Origin: Eledone cirrhosa
Taxonomy: Eukaryota
Assembly (NCBI GenBank): GCA_964016885.1
Contig: OZ024743.1
Span: forward strand, 294,996,001-295,060,000
Reading direction: 5' to 3'
DNA length: 64,000 bases
The notes under the pieces are model-generated. The model ran no database searches. It had not been told where the DNA came from and saw nothing but the letters and a program-made list of their open reading frames with translations. The position numbers and the translations under genes are program-made. Positions within the stretch are counted from its first letter, which is position 1. Every line of letters starts with the position of its first letter. This document shows, one piece after another, positions 27,760 through 42,712 of the stretch.

Positions 27760-28163
27760 TAAGCATCCCCTCCACATGGCGGGGACATGGGTCATCATCG
27801 TGGAGCACTCACCTATTTTTAAAATATTAGACTATGATAAATGAATTTAGTTAAAATTACAATTTGAAATATATTAGATTACCTCCCCTTGTAAATAGCT
27901 CGTAATTACCTCCCCTAACGTCACGCTTACTACTCACTCACTTGAACACAAGATTTATCAGCAAACTTTGATTATGAACTTTTTCCCGCTGGTCCAAATT
28001 TCTAGATTTTTAAGCCAAAAGATGCGTAATGATCTATTGTTCATGTTCATATAAGTTTTATCTCAGTTAAATAAAATAAAGCCGCGCTGTACTGTCGTAA
28101 ACAGACGATTGCCAACGAAAACACGACCACAACAATATTACTAAACGGACTACCGTCCGTTTA

Positions 28164-28243
<80 letters not shown>

Positions 28244-29107
28244 TTGTATATGTATGTAGATATGTATATATGTATGACTCACTGAATACACACGTGCTTT
28301 TTCTAAACAAAATATTCCGTTATTTCCACTCCACAGTCGCTATCATTCTATTTCATCTTTTATTTCTCATCCTATTTTGTCATCAAGGACTAGTCTCCAA
28401 AACATAGAGACACTTTTCCTACTCCATCAAATATTAAACAAATATTTGGTGATTGGTTTGATGTTTTCGTTTACCTTTGGGATATAATATAAATATATGT
28501 GTGAGTGCGTTTGTACGTATTTATCTCTCTCTATATATATATGAATGTGTGTATGTTAATATATATGTAAGTATTCTCAGGAAAATGGGAAATCTCGGCG
28601 TCTGGAAGCTGTTAGAACAGCAAAATACCGTTGAAGCGGCGTTGGGTCAAATATTACCTCGAAGGACAGAGATCAGCGGCTCAATGTGAGTTGAATCTAA
28701 GGAAGGAAGAGAAGATAGGAAGGAGGAAATAGAATGGATGAAAGTGAAAAGGTCACAAACATTAAAATATGCTCCCCAGATATCAACCTCCCGCAGTTTC
28801 GACGCATTAATGAGATTTCTGTGGAGAGGAGAAGGCTCGTAACGGAGAAATAAATATCTTCGTTCATATAATGTTTGCGTGGGGACAGGTTAGAGAGAGA
28901 GAGAAAGTTGGAGTGCGTCCAATCGACCTCCAGTCGTCGCGAGAAAGGAAAAAGGTTACAGTGAGAGGGAGAAGGGGAATGATGGGAGCAGAGATAGAGA
29001 AGGGAGAGAAAGAAAAAATGAATGCACGGGAGACAGAGGAAGAGGAAAGAAAAGACAATTCACCTCAGGCATGACATCAATCCGCGTTAGCTTTTGAAAG
29101 TATAAAC

Positions 29108-29396
29108 CAGGCATGGCCAACCTTTTTCGAGAAGCGGGCCGCTTGAGATATGGCTCATCATCAGGCGAGCCGCAAGCGCTAATATAAATTCGTGCCAACA
29201 TTGCAAAAAGGGCCGTAACTCAGGTTGTTTTGATTTGTTTCTTCAGATTTCCTACACGTTGTTTTCCTTGATCGTAAAAATGATAGAAAGAATAATTACA
29301 ACTGAAAAGTTGGGGAAAAAAATCAGAGAGATTTCACTTAGGTAACTTAGACGAGCCATTCAGAAAGCTTCGTAGGTCACAGGTTGCCCATGACTG
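29108..29396. mobile_element. hAT (Charlie-like) MITE
   Basis: TIRs CAGGCATGGCCAACCT / AGGTTGCCCATGACTG; 8-bp TSD GTATAAAC at 29100 and 29397. Confidence 0.88.
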
Positions 29397-30117
29397 GTAT
29401 AAACAAATTAACTCGAAAATATAGTTTTGAGATGCGTGTGTATTAGGATTCTCAGGAAATTGTATGTAAGTATATATATATGTGTGTGTGTGTGTGTCTG
29501 TGTGTATATCATCATCATGCCGACGGGAGTTGGACGGCTTATGACGGTCAGAGTCAAGACTTGTTCATCCGTTTCGACTATGGTATTGTTTGTACAGCTG
29601 AATATCCTTCCTAAATCCAACTGCCTTATATATAACACTGTATTTATGTATATATGATCATTTAGTGATTCAAAGCCGATCGTTTCAAGTTTCATAGACA
29701 TTTAAAATGCACGTCCAATGTCAGAGATGTTTGTCATGAAGGACGTTTTGCACACTTAGAATTTGAAAATCAGCTGTTTGTTGGTTATTGGTAAAGTTAG
29801 TATCACTTATAATATTAAAAACCTCTGTCAATTGTGTTCTAAGATTTAGTTAAGTGCTGTATCAGCTTCCATATAAAATAAAACAGAATACAAGAGTTCA
29901 CTCTGACCAAATATCTAAATTTGGACGTTCTTCCCAAAGTTCTTATTGCCCGTGAGCTACGGTTAGTATCTCTGGGCATAATCGGGAGTATATTTTTAAT
30001 GTATATGCGACGATGACGGTGATGATCATAGCGATGATGGCGAGGATTTTGCTGACAACAACGATAATATTGACTATGTCAAAGATGGTAAGCCGAGATT
30101 CAGATTTAGATGGAAAT

Positions 30118-30299
30118 AATTGTTTCTACTTTTGGCACAAGGCCAGCAATTATCTCGGTACATTACTGGTACTTTATTTTATCGACCCCGTAAGGATGAA
30201 AGGCAAAGTAAACCTCGGCGGGAATTGAACTCAGATCGTAAAGGGACGTAACTATGCTGGAAAGCATATCCTACCCTCTACCGATACTGCCAATTCACC
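30118..30299 (-). mobile_element. tRNA-derived SINE (Meta-like family) with TSD
   Basis: Family match; TGGAAATAAT at 30111 and 30300. Confidence 0.88.
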
Positions 30300-30626
30300 T
30301 GGAAATAATAGCAGCTAAAATATATATATAACCAAAAATTATACTTAATAAAAAATACGATGTTGATGATAATGGCATAGAAACGAGCTAAATGTAAAAG
30401 ACAGGAAGAAAAGTGAAGACTAACTAATTACACAAGAATCGCGTCGACAAGATTATGCGATTGAGGAAAATATATAAAAGGTATTTCATATACTTTGGCA
30501 CAGACACACGCACGCACGCACATATGCAGAGACGCACTCACTCACTCTCAAATAAAAACACTATGCCACATGTATGCCTATACTCGTTGAATGTTTTAAG
30601 TACTATGGTGCTTTAAGCAGCTATTC

Positions 30627-30698
<72 letters not shown>

Positions 30699-31864
30699 AT
30701 ATATATATGCAATCTGAGTTTCGAATATTAATAATAACATTCGATTCCTTTGCAATTATGCAAAGAAGCCTCTATTTTATAGCCATGTCAGTAGAATGAA
30801 CTCTTCATTCTTGCTCTTGTGTATAAATATTCTTACCTGTTTTTCTCTTTGTGCTTCTACTTATTTATATTTGTATATATAACGCGTCACGCCATTTTCC
30901 GATAACCAAAATTTATTTTTCCCATTTTTCTATTTCTTCTTTGGTTGCTCCCAATCTCCCCCTCTCTCCGCTTCCTCTCTCTTTCACTCATACTGCTTCC
31001 ACTTTCATACTGCTTCCACTTCCACTTTCCCCCTGTGATTGTTTCTTTCACTATTATTCTTACGTCTTCTTATTTACCCTCTTCAAATTTCGTACGCTTG
31101 TGTTAAGCTCCGCCACCGAACCACATATTGACCTCAATTGGGTTTCCTTTTCTTCGAGCGGTTGTGTGATTCACATTTTATATGCTAATTCCGTTATATA
31201 TTTATTTCGAATCGTAATATATTCATGTATTATCTGTGTTTTTGTGGAAAGGCATCCGTGAATTTTTCTGTTCAATCTCTGTTTTGTTATCAATTCACAT
31301 GCAACTTACCAAGAGAGTAGTTCTCTAAATAGATGGCGTACGCATGTGGAAATATATAGAAGAGCTATGCGGCTTTCTTTATGTTGCTGTAGTAGTATAT
31401 GTGTTTTATTACGTACAAGCACTAATGTAATTACTGTAATCCACGGTTGTTTACTTTGGAATTTAGTAACCGCTTATGATTCTGCTTATTGATATGGTAT
31501 TTTGCATTTCAATGTCAATATCTTTCCTTCGATTGTAGTATCCGTATAATTTGTCAGCTCCATAAATTGAGAGTATATTCATTCAGACCATGACAAAAGA
31601 AAATCAACGACGTCATCAGATGGTAACAACATAAAATATTTAGTTAAGTAATCCTTACTGGGACACAACAAAATATAAACAAGAATTGATACAGAGGTGA
31701 CCAGGCTATCACTACGACGGAGGGCTATGTCTGTTTTACAGCGACACATTCTTGCCAAGGATTAGTATGTGATATTATCAATTATAGCCTGTCACACACA
31801 CACCCGAAACCATTAGTTTAACGTTTTCAACGAATGTCGGGAGAACCCATTTGGGCTGTGATAA

Positions 31865-33595
31865 CACCGGGTAACATATTTTTTGTTCCCCCGTTTTAAG
31901 TATCATTTCCTGGTTTGGTATATTCAATTATTATACAAAAACACTATTATTTAATCAGAAGTTTCGGTTTGTGCTCAGGAGTTTGATACTTCGAAATTTT
32001 CATATTTTTCAAGAAGAAACACATTTTTTTTTTATTTATCAGTTCATATAATTAAATCAACAGAGTATATATTTATTTTATTACACAAGCTTATCAAAAG
32101 CAAACAAGTAAAAAGAAATAACACTTATAAAGCAACTTATACACGTCAGAAATGACTGGATTTCCTGGATTTGCGGTTGTAGTCCAGGTCGCATTCCCGC
32201 ACTAGCCCCCAGATATAGTCCCCCATTATTTTTTCATTGTAGTGGCCCTGGTACCTCTGCTCTATCTCTTTCACATCTTGGTGGAATCGTTCGCCTTGTT
32301 CTTCTGAGTATGCGCCCATATTGTTCTTGAATTTGTCCAGGTGAGTGTCCAGCATATGGAGATTAAGCGACATCCTGCATCCCATGGCGCCAAAAGCCTT
32401 TATAAGATCCTGCACCAGTTGCTGGTAGTTTTCAGCTCTGTAGTTGCCCAGGAAGCCCTTGACAACTGTCTTGAAACAGTTCCATGTTGTTCTCTCAATC
32501 CTATTGAGCTTATTAGAGAACTCGGTGGACTCAAACACCTTCTTTACCTGAGGTCCAACAAAAATTCTACCTTTGATTTTGGCCTCAGATAACTTGGGGA
32601 AGAACTCAAGAAGGTACTTAAAAGCGGCTGATTCTTGGTTGAGAGCCTTCACAAACTGCTTCATCAACCCCAACTTAATGTGCAGTGGCGGCATGAGCAC
32701 AATCCTGGGATCAACCAGTGGCTCCCACATGACGTTCCGGGTCCCAACTACAAATTCTGTTCGCTGCTCCCAGTTCTTTTTTTTTTTGTAGTGGTCAGAG
32801 GTGGCTCTGCTGTCCCAAAGGCAGAGGAAGCATTGGAATTTGATAAAGCCTCCTTGGAGTCCAAGCAGTAAAGCCACCATCTTGAAGTCTCCAATGATTT
32901 CCCCATTGAACTGGTTGTATTTCAGAGCTTCCGAGAGGACTTCCACACTGTAGTAATCTTCCTTCAGGCAGACTGAATGAGCTAGGGGCAGTGTCAGGAA
33001 CCTGTTTCCATTGTGGAGGAGGACAGCTTTCAAACTTGTGGTGGAGCTGTCTATAAATAGCACAAACGGCACCCCAATAACGTCAAACAGTCCAGGCACG
33101 TCGTGGCAGAAGCAGAGGCCATCCCGAAGAGTGTAAAAGCCTGAGAAATGTTCGTGTCGACTTCTCTGACTTGTCACCTTCACTTCCTCCCTGACCAAGT
33201 TCGACTGCTTCATCCTGGAGACGAATGCTTAAAACACAACTTACCCTTTATTCAGGGTGCGAAAATCCAGTATCAATAAATCTCTTTAATCCACTTTTTA
33301 ACAATGTTATACTTTATTGCACTTTTATAATTTTCTTTATGTATTACTCTTTATTTTATAATTTTAATTTAACATGAAACATATATTAAAAAAATCATTT
33401 AACATAAGCAAATTAAACTTACATACAACGTAAAATCCAGCATACAAATAATTCTAGTGAATAGCTTAGAATGTTTACAAACCCACACTTTTAACTGTTT
33501 AATAGCATTTTTTTATTTATTTGGGACCTAAGCAACATAAAAAAATGTGATTACAAGCCAGGAACAGAGAAACATGTTTTTTTTTCAAAACGGTG
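31865..33595 (-). mobile_element. Chapaev3-like (CMC superfamily) DNA transposon, internally deleted
   Basis: TAA|CACCG…CGGTG|TAA; subterminal TTCCTGGYTTG at both ends; contains transposase ORF. Confidence 0.8.
32146..33213 (-). CDS. DDE transposase core (Chapaev3/Transib/RAG1-related), N-terminally truncated
   Basis: 355-aa ORF: LFIDSS, GDFK, CFLCLWDSR, PPLHIKLGL, SEEQGERFHQD. Confidence 0.85.
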   Translation of the reverse strand: MKQSNLVREEVKVTSQRSRHEHFSGFYTLRDGLCFCHDVPGLFDVIGVPFVLFIDSSTTSLKAVLLHNGNRFLTLPLAHSVCLKEDYYSVEVLSEALKYNQFNGEIIGDFKMVALLLGLQGGFIKFQCFLCLWDSRATSDHYKKKKNWEQRTEFVVGTRNVMWEPLVDPRIVLMPPLHIKLGLMKQFVKALNQESAAFKYLLEFFPKLSEAKIKGRIFVGPQVKKVFESTEFSNKLNRIERTTWNCFKTVVKGFLGNYRAENYQQLVQDLIKAFGAMGCRMSLNLHMLDTHLDKFKNNMGAYSEEQGERFHQDVKEIEQRYQGHYNEKIMGDYIWGLVRECDLDYNRKSRKSSHF

Positions 33596-35595
33596 TAATC
33601 ACACAGGTTCTTGGTCGAAACCAAAGTGAATATATTAAAGGGGTGTATTGCTATATACATTTGTATTGTAAACAGAAATAACAACGAACATAATAGATAA
33701 TCATAAAATTTATTGAGGAATAATTATAGAAGAATAATTATAAAATTTATAAAATAATTGAAAATAATCGCAATAGCAAACAATTATAAATATAAATATT
33801 TACGAAAAGTAAATAATTATAATTATAAAATATAAGGAATTAATTAAAAAAACATAATTAATTAACTTAAAAAAATATTTTTTTAAGTAAGTAATTAATT
33901 AAAAACATTGTTTATATATATATACATGTATGGGTCTATACTCATAAGTTGCTGGTGAAAATATTCATGGCGCCGCCTTAACACAAGCTCGTCTGACTCT
34001 GGGTTTTCAAACCTCCAGGAGCAGGGAAAAGACTCCGTGTATATGATTACATTCAATAGAATGGGAATAGGCTGGGAATTTACCAGTTGAGTGTACGCCA
34101 AACACTCAAATAAGTTAGGAACCATTTCCCGCAGCTGAAGAGTTTACTAAGAAAACAACCAAGGCAATCGATTGATGATAAATTATGTCCCGGAAAATAG
34201 AGCTAGCGAGAGCAACGTTGTGTCAGATTATATACTCGCCATGCCTTACATTATGTTATACACATGTGGGGATTCTGCAAGTACAGATATATGTTAGGAA
34301 AGATGTTAACATGGAGCCCTCAGTCAATAGCAATATCAGTAGTAACGCTAATTGTAATAAACATAAGAACAATAATAATAATAACAACAAATATTATAAT
34401 CATCAAAGGTCAGTCGTAACTATTTCCTTTTTACATATATACATGTTGTATATCGAATACTATGCATAACGTTTATGAAAAACATTTGACAGCCTTCTGC
34501 TATGGATTTTAAAGTTGTGACCACTGTCATACATCCTTAGTCTCAACAAAAACAAGAGGAAGTAACCGACAACGTTTTTTGTCGCTTGTTGACAGTTTTC
34601 AATGCTACATATCCACCCAGTCTCCGCTGAGATAAAACAAAGCTAGAATCTTATAGATATATCCCTTATGTAGATGAGTTGATGAAGCACATTTGCATAC
34701 GGAGGGATAGCCGGACAGGCTTAAAGTATTAAATTAGTATTGCTGCCCCAACATAGCGTCACGGACATATATGTACGTGATGTGTATGAAATAATATACA
34801 GGATATAAATTATCCTTAAAATACTGAAAGCAAGGATTTCATTTGATATCCCGGGATATCAGGGGCCACAAAGGATAGCAGAAGATCATCACATTCCGTC
34901 TAAAATTTCATTCAGAAAATTTCTTCTAATCTCGCATTCATATTTCTCACATCCATCATTTCTATCCGCCTAACCGTGAATACCTGGCTCCTTAGAATGT
35001 TTTCCTTTATCTCATTCTATCCAAGAAATAGCACACATTGTTTTTGTTCCCTCTCAAAACCACATTTCATTTTATTTAGCATCGTGTTCCATACCAAGGG
35101 AGATCGATTGAACCGATTGTGTTGGAATGAAAGCTAAGAAGATAAAACACACATGTTTTAATGAAAAATACAAGTGTGTGTTGTTCCAAAGTTAGCTAGT
35201 TCTATCATAACGTTAAATAGGATAGTCTACAGGTTAAGAGGAAAGTTAAAAATCACTTACCATACAACCTAAAAACTACAACTCAACTAAAAATTAACAA
35301 ATTAACGGAGCGGCAAATGGTGTATTTTATTTCATGTGCTTTCGAATTCCCTTGTATAGGCTTATGTATATTTATATAATGTATGTCTGCTTACTGATGA
35401 GTGCTAATAGTCTTAATTTAGAGATTAACCATTTAATTATGGTAATTAGTATTTTTCTCATCGTCTGAAACCGTGTCATAATATTATAACTGGATTTACT
35501 AATTATAATGTAAGGAAAATTGCGTTTATTTTGAATGTATTTTAGCTTGCACATATTAATTTTTAAATATAAGTATTATTATTATAACTTAATAG

Positions 35596-35737
35596 TGAGT
35601 TCAAATCCCGTCAAGGTTAGCTTTGTCTTTCATCATTAAGGGTCGAAAAATAAAGTACCAGTAACGCACTGGGTTGATTCAACCGACTTTCCCTACACCT
35701 AAATATTTTTGGCCTTGTGGCTAAATCAAGAACCATT
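35596..35737 (+). mobile_element. 5'-truncated SINE (Meta-like family)
   Basis: GAGTTCAAATCCCG…AAATAAAGTACCAGT…GGCCTTGTG. Confidence 0.8.
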
Positions 35738-36454
35738 AATATACATTAATAGTATATATATATATATATATATACCTAACTGTACCAAGGATTACACACA
35801 TTTTCCAATATATATAAATGGAATAGAATGAAACGAAGTTTCATTTCTCACTCTTAGTACAGCACTTACTTAAATGTAAGTATGTATGTATACGTACATA
35901 CATATATGTATACAGACGTACAGTAGCATGTATATATATACATACAGGCATACATATATATATATGCACGTATCGGTTTACCGAACATTTATTATAATGC
36001 TCGGTTTGTTTGTTTGTAAACAAACAAACAGCCCGAATTACGCCGTACAGTGTTTACGCAACCACGTTCCCTTTTTGTTCAACAAATATATATATATACA
36101 TACATATATATATAGGTATATGTGTAGGTGTGTGTATAAGTATGCATACATATCGATATATTGAGGAAGATGCACAAAATGTTATAATATGTATGTACTG
36201 ATGACGAAAAAGCACATTTTGATGGTAGTCACATATGTGGATTTAGTATAGATGTTTAATATTCCAATCATTGAATATGCCTTTCTCTATTAAACTACGT
36301 AAATAAGTACACAGATAGACAGAGAGACATATATACACACTAACATATAATCACACACAAAAACAGTCACAACCACAAACACACACATATATTCATATAA
36401 ACATACATATATGTGTGTGCGTCTGTGTGTGTGTGGTGCGTGTGTGTGTATCTA

Positions 36455-37357
<903 letters not shown>

Positions 37358-37749
37358 ATCACTGCCCAAATGATGTTGGCATCGCCTTCAAGATACACCC
37401 AAGGCTTGGGCCCCGTGCTATCCGTCCCATTCAAAAATCTAAATCGCAACTCATAACAACAATACGGCACAATTATTTCACCCCAATCGGCCCTGCTCTC
37501 TTCAACATCACACCAGGACACGTCAAAACAGAAACTGACCACACAAAATTCAAGAAGTCTTTGGACAAATTCCTCCAAGTAATCCCGGACAAACCACCCA
37601 CACCCGGATATGTCTCCGCAAACAGTAATTCTCTTCTCGAATGGGCCATGGTGCCCAAATCCTGAATTGGAAGACTTCGCCAGGTGGTGCTATTAAGTTA
37701 GACATGGCCTGGGCCAATACTGGCCAAAACATTTCAAAGTTATTCAAAG

Positions 37750-37752
<3 letters not shown>
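37358..37752 (+). mobile_element. 3' fragment of the CR1-group LINE, tail-to-tail with the long copy
   Basis: Reverse complement of 37916-38291 with scattered substitutions; GGCCA-ATAC-TGGCC stem-loop and (TTCAAAGTTA)2 tail. Confidence 0.9.
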
Positions 37753-37817
<65 letters not shown>

Positions 37818-37915
37818 GTATATATATATATGTATATATATATATGTATATATATATATGTATATATGTATATATATGTATATATATATATGTATATATA
37901 TGTATATATATATAT

Positions 37916-40900
37916 ATGTTTTGGCCAGTATTGGCCCACGCCATGTCTAATTTAATAGCACCACCTGGCGAAGTCTTTCAATTCAGAATTTGGGCACCAT
38001 GGCCCATTCGAGAAGAGAATTACTGTTTGCGGAGACATATCCGGGTGTGGGTGGTTTGTCCGGGATTACTTGGAGGAATTTGTCCAAAGACTTCTTGAAT
38101 TTTGTGTGGTCAGTTTCTGTTTTGACGTTGACCTGCTGTGATGTTGAAGAGAGCAGGGCCAATTGAGGTGAAATAATTGTGCCGTATTGTTGTTATGAGT
38201 TGCGATTTAGATTTTTGTTTGTGACGGATAGCACGGGGCCCAAGCCTTGGGTGTAATTTGAAGGTGATGCCAACATCATTTGGGCAGTGATGATGAAACA
38301 TTTTCCATATCATGCAGATAAAATAACGCTCACGGCGACGTTGGAGTGAGTAAAGTTTCAGCTTTTCTAGTCGACCCCAGTAGTCAAGGTCTGACATGCC
38401 ATCTATCTTTTTCGTGATTGCCCTTTGGGGAGCTTCAAGTTTCATGATACTTTGTTTCGTGTAGGGAGACCACAGTGGACAACAGTATTCAAGGTGTGGT
38501 CGGGCAAAAGTAGAGAAGAGAAGGATAATGGTGTGGGAATCACTCGAATGGAAGGTTTTGAGGATCCAGGAACACATTCTGCGGGCCATGTCAACTTTGC
38601 TGCTTATATGCGTGGCCCAGCTTATGTTGCTGTCCACGGTTACTCCCAAGTCTCTGATGTTGTTAGATGCCACGAGAGTTTCACCTGAGGGAAGGGAGTA
38701 CGGGAGTTTCAGAGCATCCTCTTTTCCAAAGTGGATTAGTTCGAATTTGTCATCGTTCAGTAACATGTTCTTTTCCGCCCATTGGGTAACAGCCAGTAGG
38801 TCTGACTGAAGGCTTATCCGGTCATCCACGCCATCGATGACCTTTTGGAGCTTGGAATTATCAGCGAAAATTCTAATGTTGCTGTGTTTGATGATGTCAG
38901 TGATGTCATTAATATAGATGATGAAGAGAAGTGGGCCCAACACAGTGCCTTGTGGGACCCCACTACTGACTTTGGCTGGGCTGGATTTGACTCCTTCGAC
39001 TACAACATGTTGGGTTCTGTTTGACAGGAAGCTCTTGATCCACTGCAGCAGCTCTCCAGTGACACCAATATTGGACAGCTTTCTCAGTAGAATGTTGTGA
39101 TCAACCCTGTCAAAGGCCTTGCTGAAATCAAGGTAGATAACATCAGTGTTGGAACCCTCTCCCAAGGCTCTCAAAATGTCATCAAAGTGATGCAGTAGCT
39201 GCGTCAGGCAATCCCTTCCATTACGGAATCCATGCTGGTTGGAGTTCAGCATATTGTTACTCTCAAGGAAGTGAGTCATTCGCGATCTCACCACTCTCTC
39301 AAATACCTTAATGATATGAGAGGTGAGTGAGATTGGACGGTAATTTACGGCAAGGGATTTGTTTCCTTTTTTGAAAACTGGGACAACAGACTGGGATAGA
39401 AGGTTCTGGCACATATCCAGCATCCAGTGAGTTCCGCCACAGATTGGCAAGAGGAAATGCAAGTTGGTGTTGACACGCCTTCAAGACACAAGCAGGGAAC
39501 CTATCGGGACCTACTGCTTAATTATACTTGATTTCCTTTATTGCCGCTAAGACATCAGGGGCGCCAAACGTTATGTCCGATAAGGTGTAATGGGGAGTAA
39601 CATCGCCGATACAACCCAGATCGGCCATATCAGGATTGCTGAAAACAGAGCAGTATTGTTTCTGCAGTATCTCACCCATGGTTTTAGCATTGTCTTGAAG
39701 AGTGCCATTTTCATCAATTAGAGGGCCAACAGTGGAGCCAGTGATTTTGTGTTTTTTTGCAAATGAAAAGAACGAACACTTTGGGATTGAGTTTGATCTT
39801 CTCAATGGGCCAGGCCTCTTCAGCTCTTCTCTGATTGTTGATGATAGACATCATATTGTTTTGGAGGTTATGTTTTTTAATCTCTAGTGATGAAATGGCA
39901 GTCAAGTTGATGTGTTGCTGCTGACAGTATTTCAGCTTGTTGATTTTTTTGTTCGTTCTCTTAATTTTCCTGATGAGCGTTTCTATTTCTAGGGATTCTG
40001 CTCTTAGATTTGTTTATAGTTCTTAATGGGGTGTGTTTTGCACATATGTTTGTAACAGTGTCCACAAATGTCTGCCAGGACTTTTTGATGTTAGTGGGTG
40101 TATGAGTGTGCGTTAAGGACCAGTCGACATGTGCAAGATCATGACTGATCGCTTCCCAGTTTGCATTGTGGAAATCCATGGCGTCAAACGGATGGTCAGG
40201 AGAGATGACATTGGGTTTGTATATTGGACGGTGGAATCTCAGATCACAGAGAACCATGTCATGATCAGAGAGTAGAGTTTTCTGTCACTGCAATATTGTG
40301 GATATTGTCAGTGTGATTGCTGAAAATTAAGTCTAGGACGTTTTGTGGCACCTCGTTGGTTCGAGCACCAGTTGGGACAAGAAGAAATCATCCATGAAGT
40401 CAAGAAGCGATTCCACTGCTTCCCTGTCAGAGGTTGAGGCAGAAGAACCTGGTGGCAGGCTGTTTGTGGACCAGTCAACTCCGGGGAGGTTGAAGTCCCC
40501 CATCATTAAGATGTTGTCAGGATGACACTCTTGGATGAAACACTTTATGCTGTTGAGGCATTCCTTGAAGCATGGTACAGGCGTTTGGGGTGGCCTATAG
40601 AGCCCAACTACTATTAGGTTGTTGGTTTGACTGAATACAGTGACTGCTTCGCAGTATCCATTAGTAAATATGTTCATAGCCTCTGTTGAGAAAGAATTAT
40701 GGACATAAATGGCAGTCCCACCCTTTCTTCTGCCAGCGCGATCAGCACGGATGGCTTTGAAATTTTTCACTTTCACCTCGGCTTCCAAGTGGAGGTTGCT
40801 GAGATGGGTTTCAGTGAGGACGAAGAAAGGGATGTGGTTTGGATGGACATCAACCCAGTCCTCCAGGAATCTGATCTTCCATTTTTGAGTATTGGTGGAA

Positions 40901-41611
40901 GGGCTGATGACTTGGGCGTTAAGCAAAAATGTTGAGGCGAGAGTGGATGGTTTTAATTGTTTTGGTGTGTTGTTAATTTGTTTGTTTGTTAATGGCAGCA
41001 ATGGGAGTTTGTGCAGTGGGGTGATAGTGGAGGGTGGTGCTGGGTGATAGCTCGAATGTTTTTTTCCAGTTCTTTTGCCAGATTCATTATGGCTAAAAAA
41101 GCGGAAGAAGTTTCCTGTTTAGGAGACTGTTGGTGACTGTGGTAGTGGTTATTTTTTATGTAGGTTATGGTTTTTGTTTTTGCTTTTATTTTTATTTTTA
41201 TTTTCATTTGTCCGACGGGTCCCCGGGAGATGGGTAAAGGCACAATCCCGGTGTAAACACAATCTGTCTCGCAGGGAAAAGCGGCAGATTTGTGGATTCC
41301 TTGTTTGAGTTATTGGTGGTTGTGTTGGTGTTAAATTAGAGTATGTATTATGGTGGTGGCTGTTTGTGGGGATAGACCGTTTAGTCCTAGGTAAATGGGT
41401 GAATTTGCAGCCACTATCCGTACATATTCTATAGCGTAGAGAGTAGCGGCAAATGATGGGGTTTCGAGTGTGTGTGTATGTGTGTGTGTGTGTTGTGAGA
41501 GGTGTATATGATGGTTTGAGTAGGATTTGACGACCTTTGTGGGCTGTAGGAGGGAGAGTTCTTGTACTTGTATTAGAAGGTAAATTCCTTGAGATAGCAG
41601 TAGGCAAAGAT

Positions 41612-41654
<43 letters not shown>

Positions 41655-42284
41655 GCAGAGAAGATGTTGGCAGTGGTGATGATTGGACTGCTGGGGCAGA
41701 GAAAGGAAGTGGCGTTTCCTGCTGTGAGACAGAGGCTACTGGGAGGTCAATAGTTTCATTTAGTAGATCGGCCATTGTTGATGAATCAAGGAGTGGTTCA
41801 CACTGTTGTTGTTGTTGTCGTTGTTGTTGTTGCTGTTGTTATTGTTGCTGTTGTTGTTGTAGCTGTTGTTGTTGTTGCCGTTGTTGTTGCTGTTGTTGTT
41901 GTTGCTGCTGCTGGACAGCATCCGAAGAAAAAAAACACCGTATTTTATCCAAATGTTTATTGATTAATTTAAAAGCAACTTTGATTTGCTTTAATTTATT
42001 TTGAATCTGTTGTTCAGATCGGATTTTCAAAAGGCGAACTGTACGTTTAGCAATGTCGGTCAGACATGAAGCATCTATGTCTTCTGTTTGGGTAAGGCAA
42101 TGCCATGTGTTTATTAGAATGTCGATTTCATTATCAGACCAGTTCTGTTTGGATTTTTGCTGGTTAGCCATTCTAGTTTTGAGTGTGTGTGTTTTAGTTT
42201 AGTATTTCAATATATATATATATATATATATTTTGTTTTTGTTTTTCTTGTGTGTGAGTGAGAAGAGTATATATATAAATATGA

Positions 42285-42332
<48 letters not shown>

Positions 42333-42571
42333 TGGTTAATTGAAATTAATGAAATTAATGAAAAGATGAAAGTATATAATAAGTTGTAGTTAAACGAAAA
42401 TGTACTCACAAGTTGGTAAAAACCTGGTTTCAAATATATAGTAATATAGATGTATGTAAATGTAATTGACCGGTCAATTTGGTTTATTTGGTTTTGTTTT
42501 GTGGCTGTGTGACTTGCTGCTTACTCGGGGAGAGAAGTGAAAACACGTCTTTATACTTCAACGTACGATGT
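37916..42571 (-). mobile_element. Near full-length CR1-group (CR1/L2-like) LINE with disrupted ORF1 and ORF2
   Basis: APE domain (LTETHL, GLYRPP, MGDFNLP) 40333-41001; RT (NYRPISLTS, LDFSKAFDRV, SGVPQGTVLGP, FADN) 38110-39462; ORF1 41149-42171. Confidence 0.92.
41149..42171 (-). pseudogene. LINE ORF1: Myb/SANT-like N-terminus, polyQ/polyT tracts, two CCCH-like fingers
   Basis: ORFs 41839-42171 and 41149-41775 are in the same frame, split by one TAA in the CAA repeat; CRYSLRYRICTDSGCKFTH and CRFSLRDRLCLHRDCAFTH. Confidence 0.65.
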
Positions 42572-42665
42572 CGTGTGTTGTCCTATCTATAAGCTCCCTC
42601 ATATATATATATATATATACATATATACATATATATATGTACATATATATATGTATATATATATG

Positions 42666-42712
<47 letters not shown>

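Noticed and set aside
29115-29170. Minus-strand CTGATGA…GAAA in the hAT MITE
   Set aside because: No valid NUH site or stem I; probably chance
36190-36240. CTGATGACGAAA minimal HHR-like core
   Set aside because: Stem III cannot be formed and stem I is out of register
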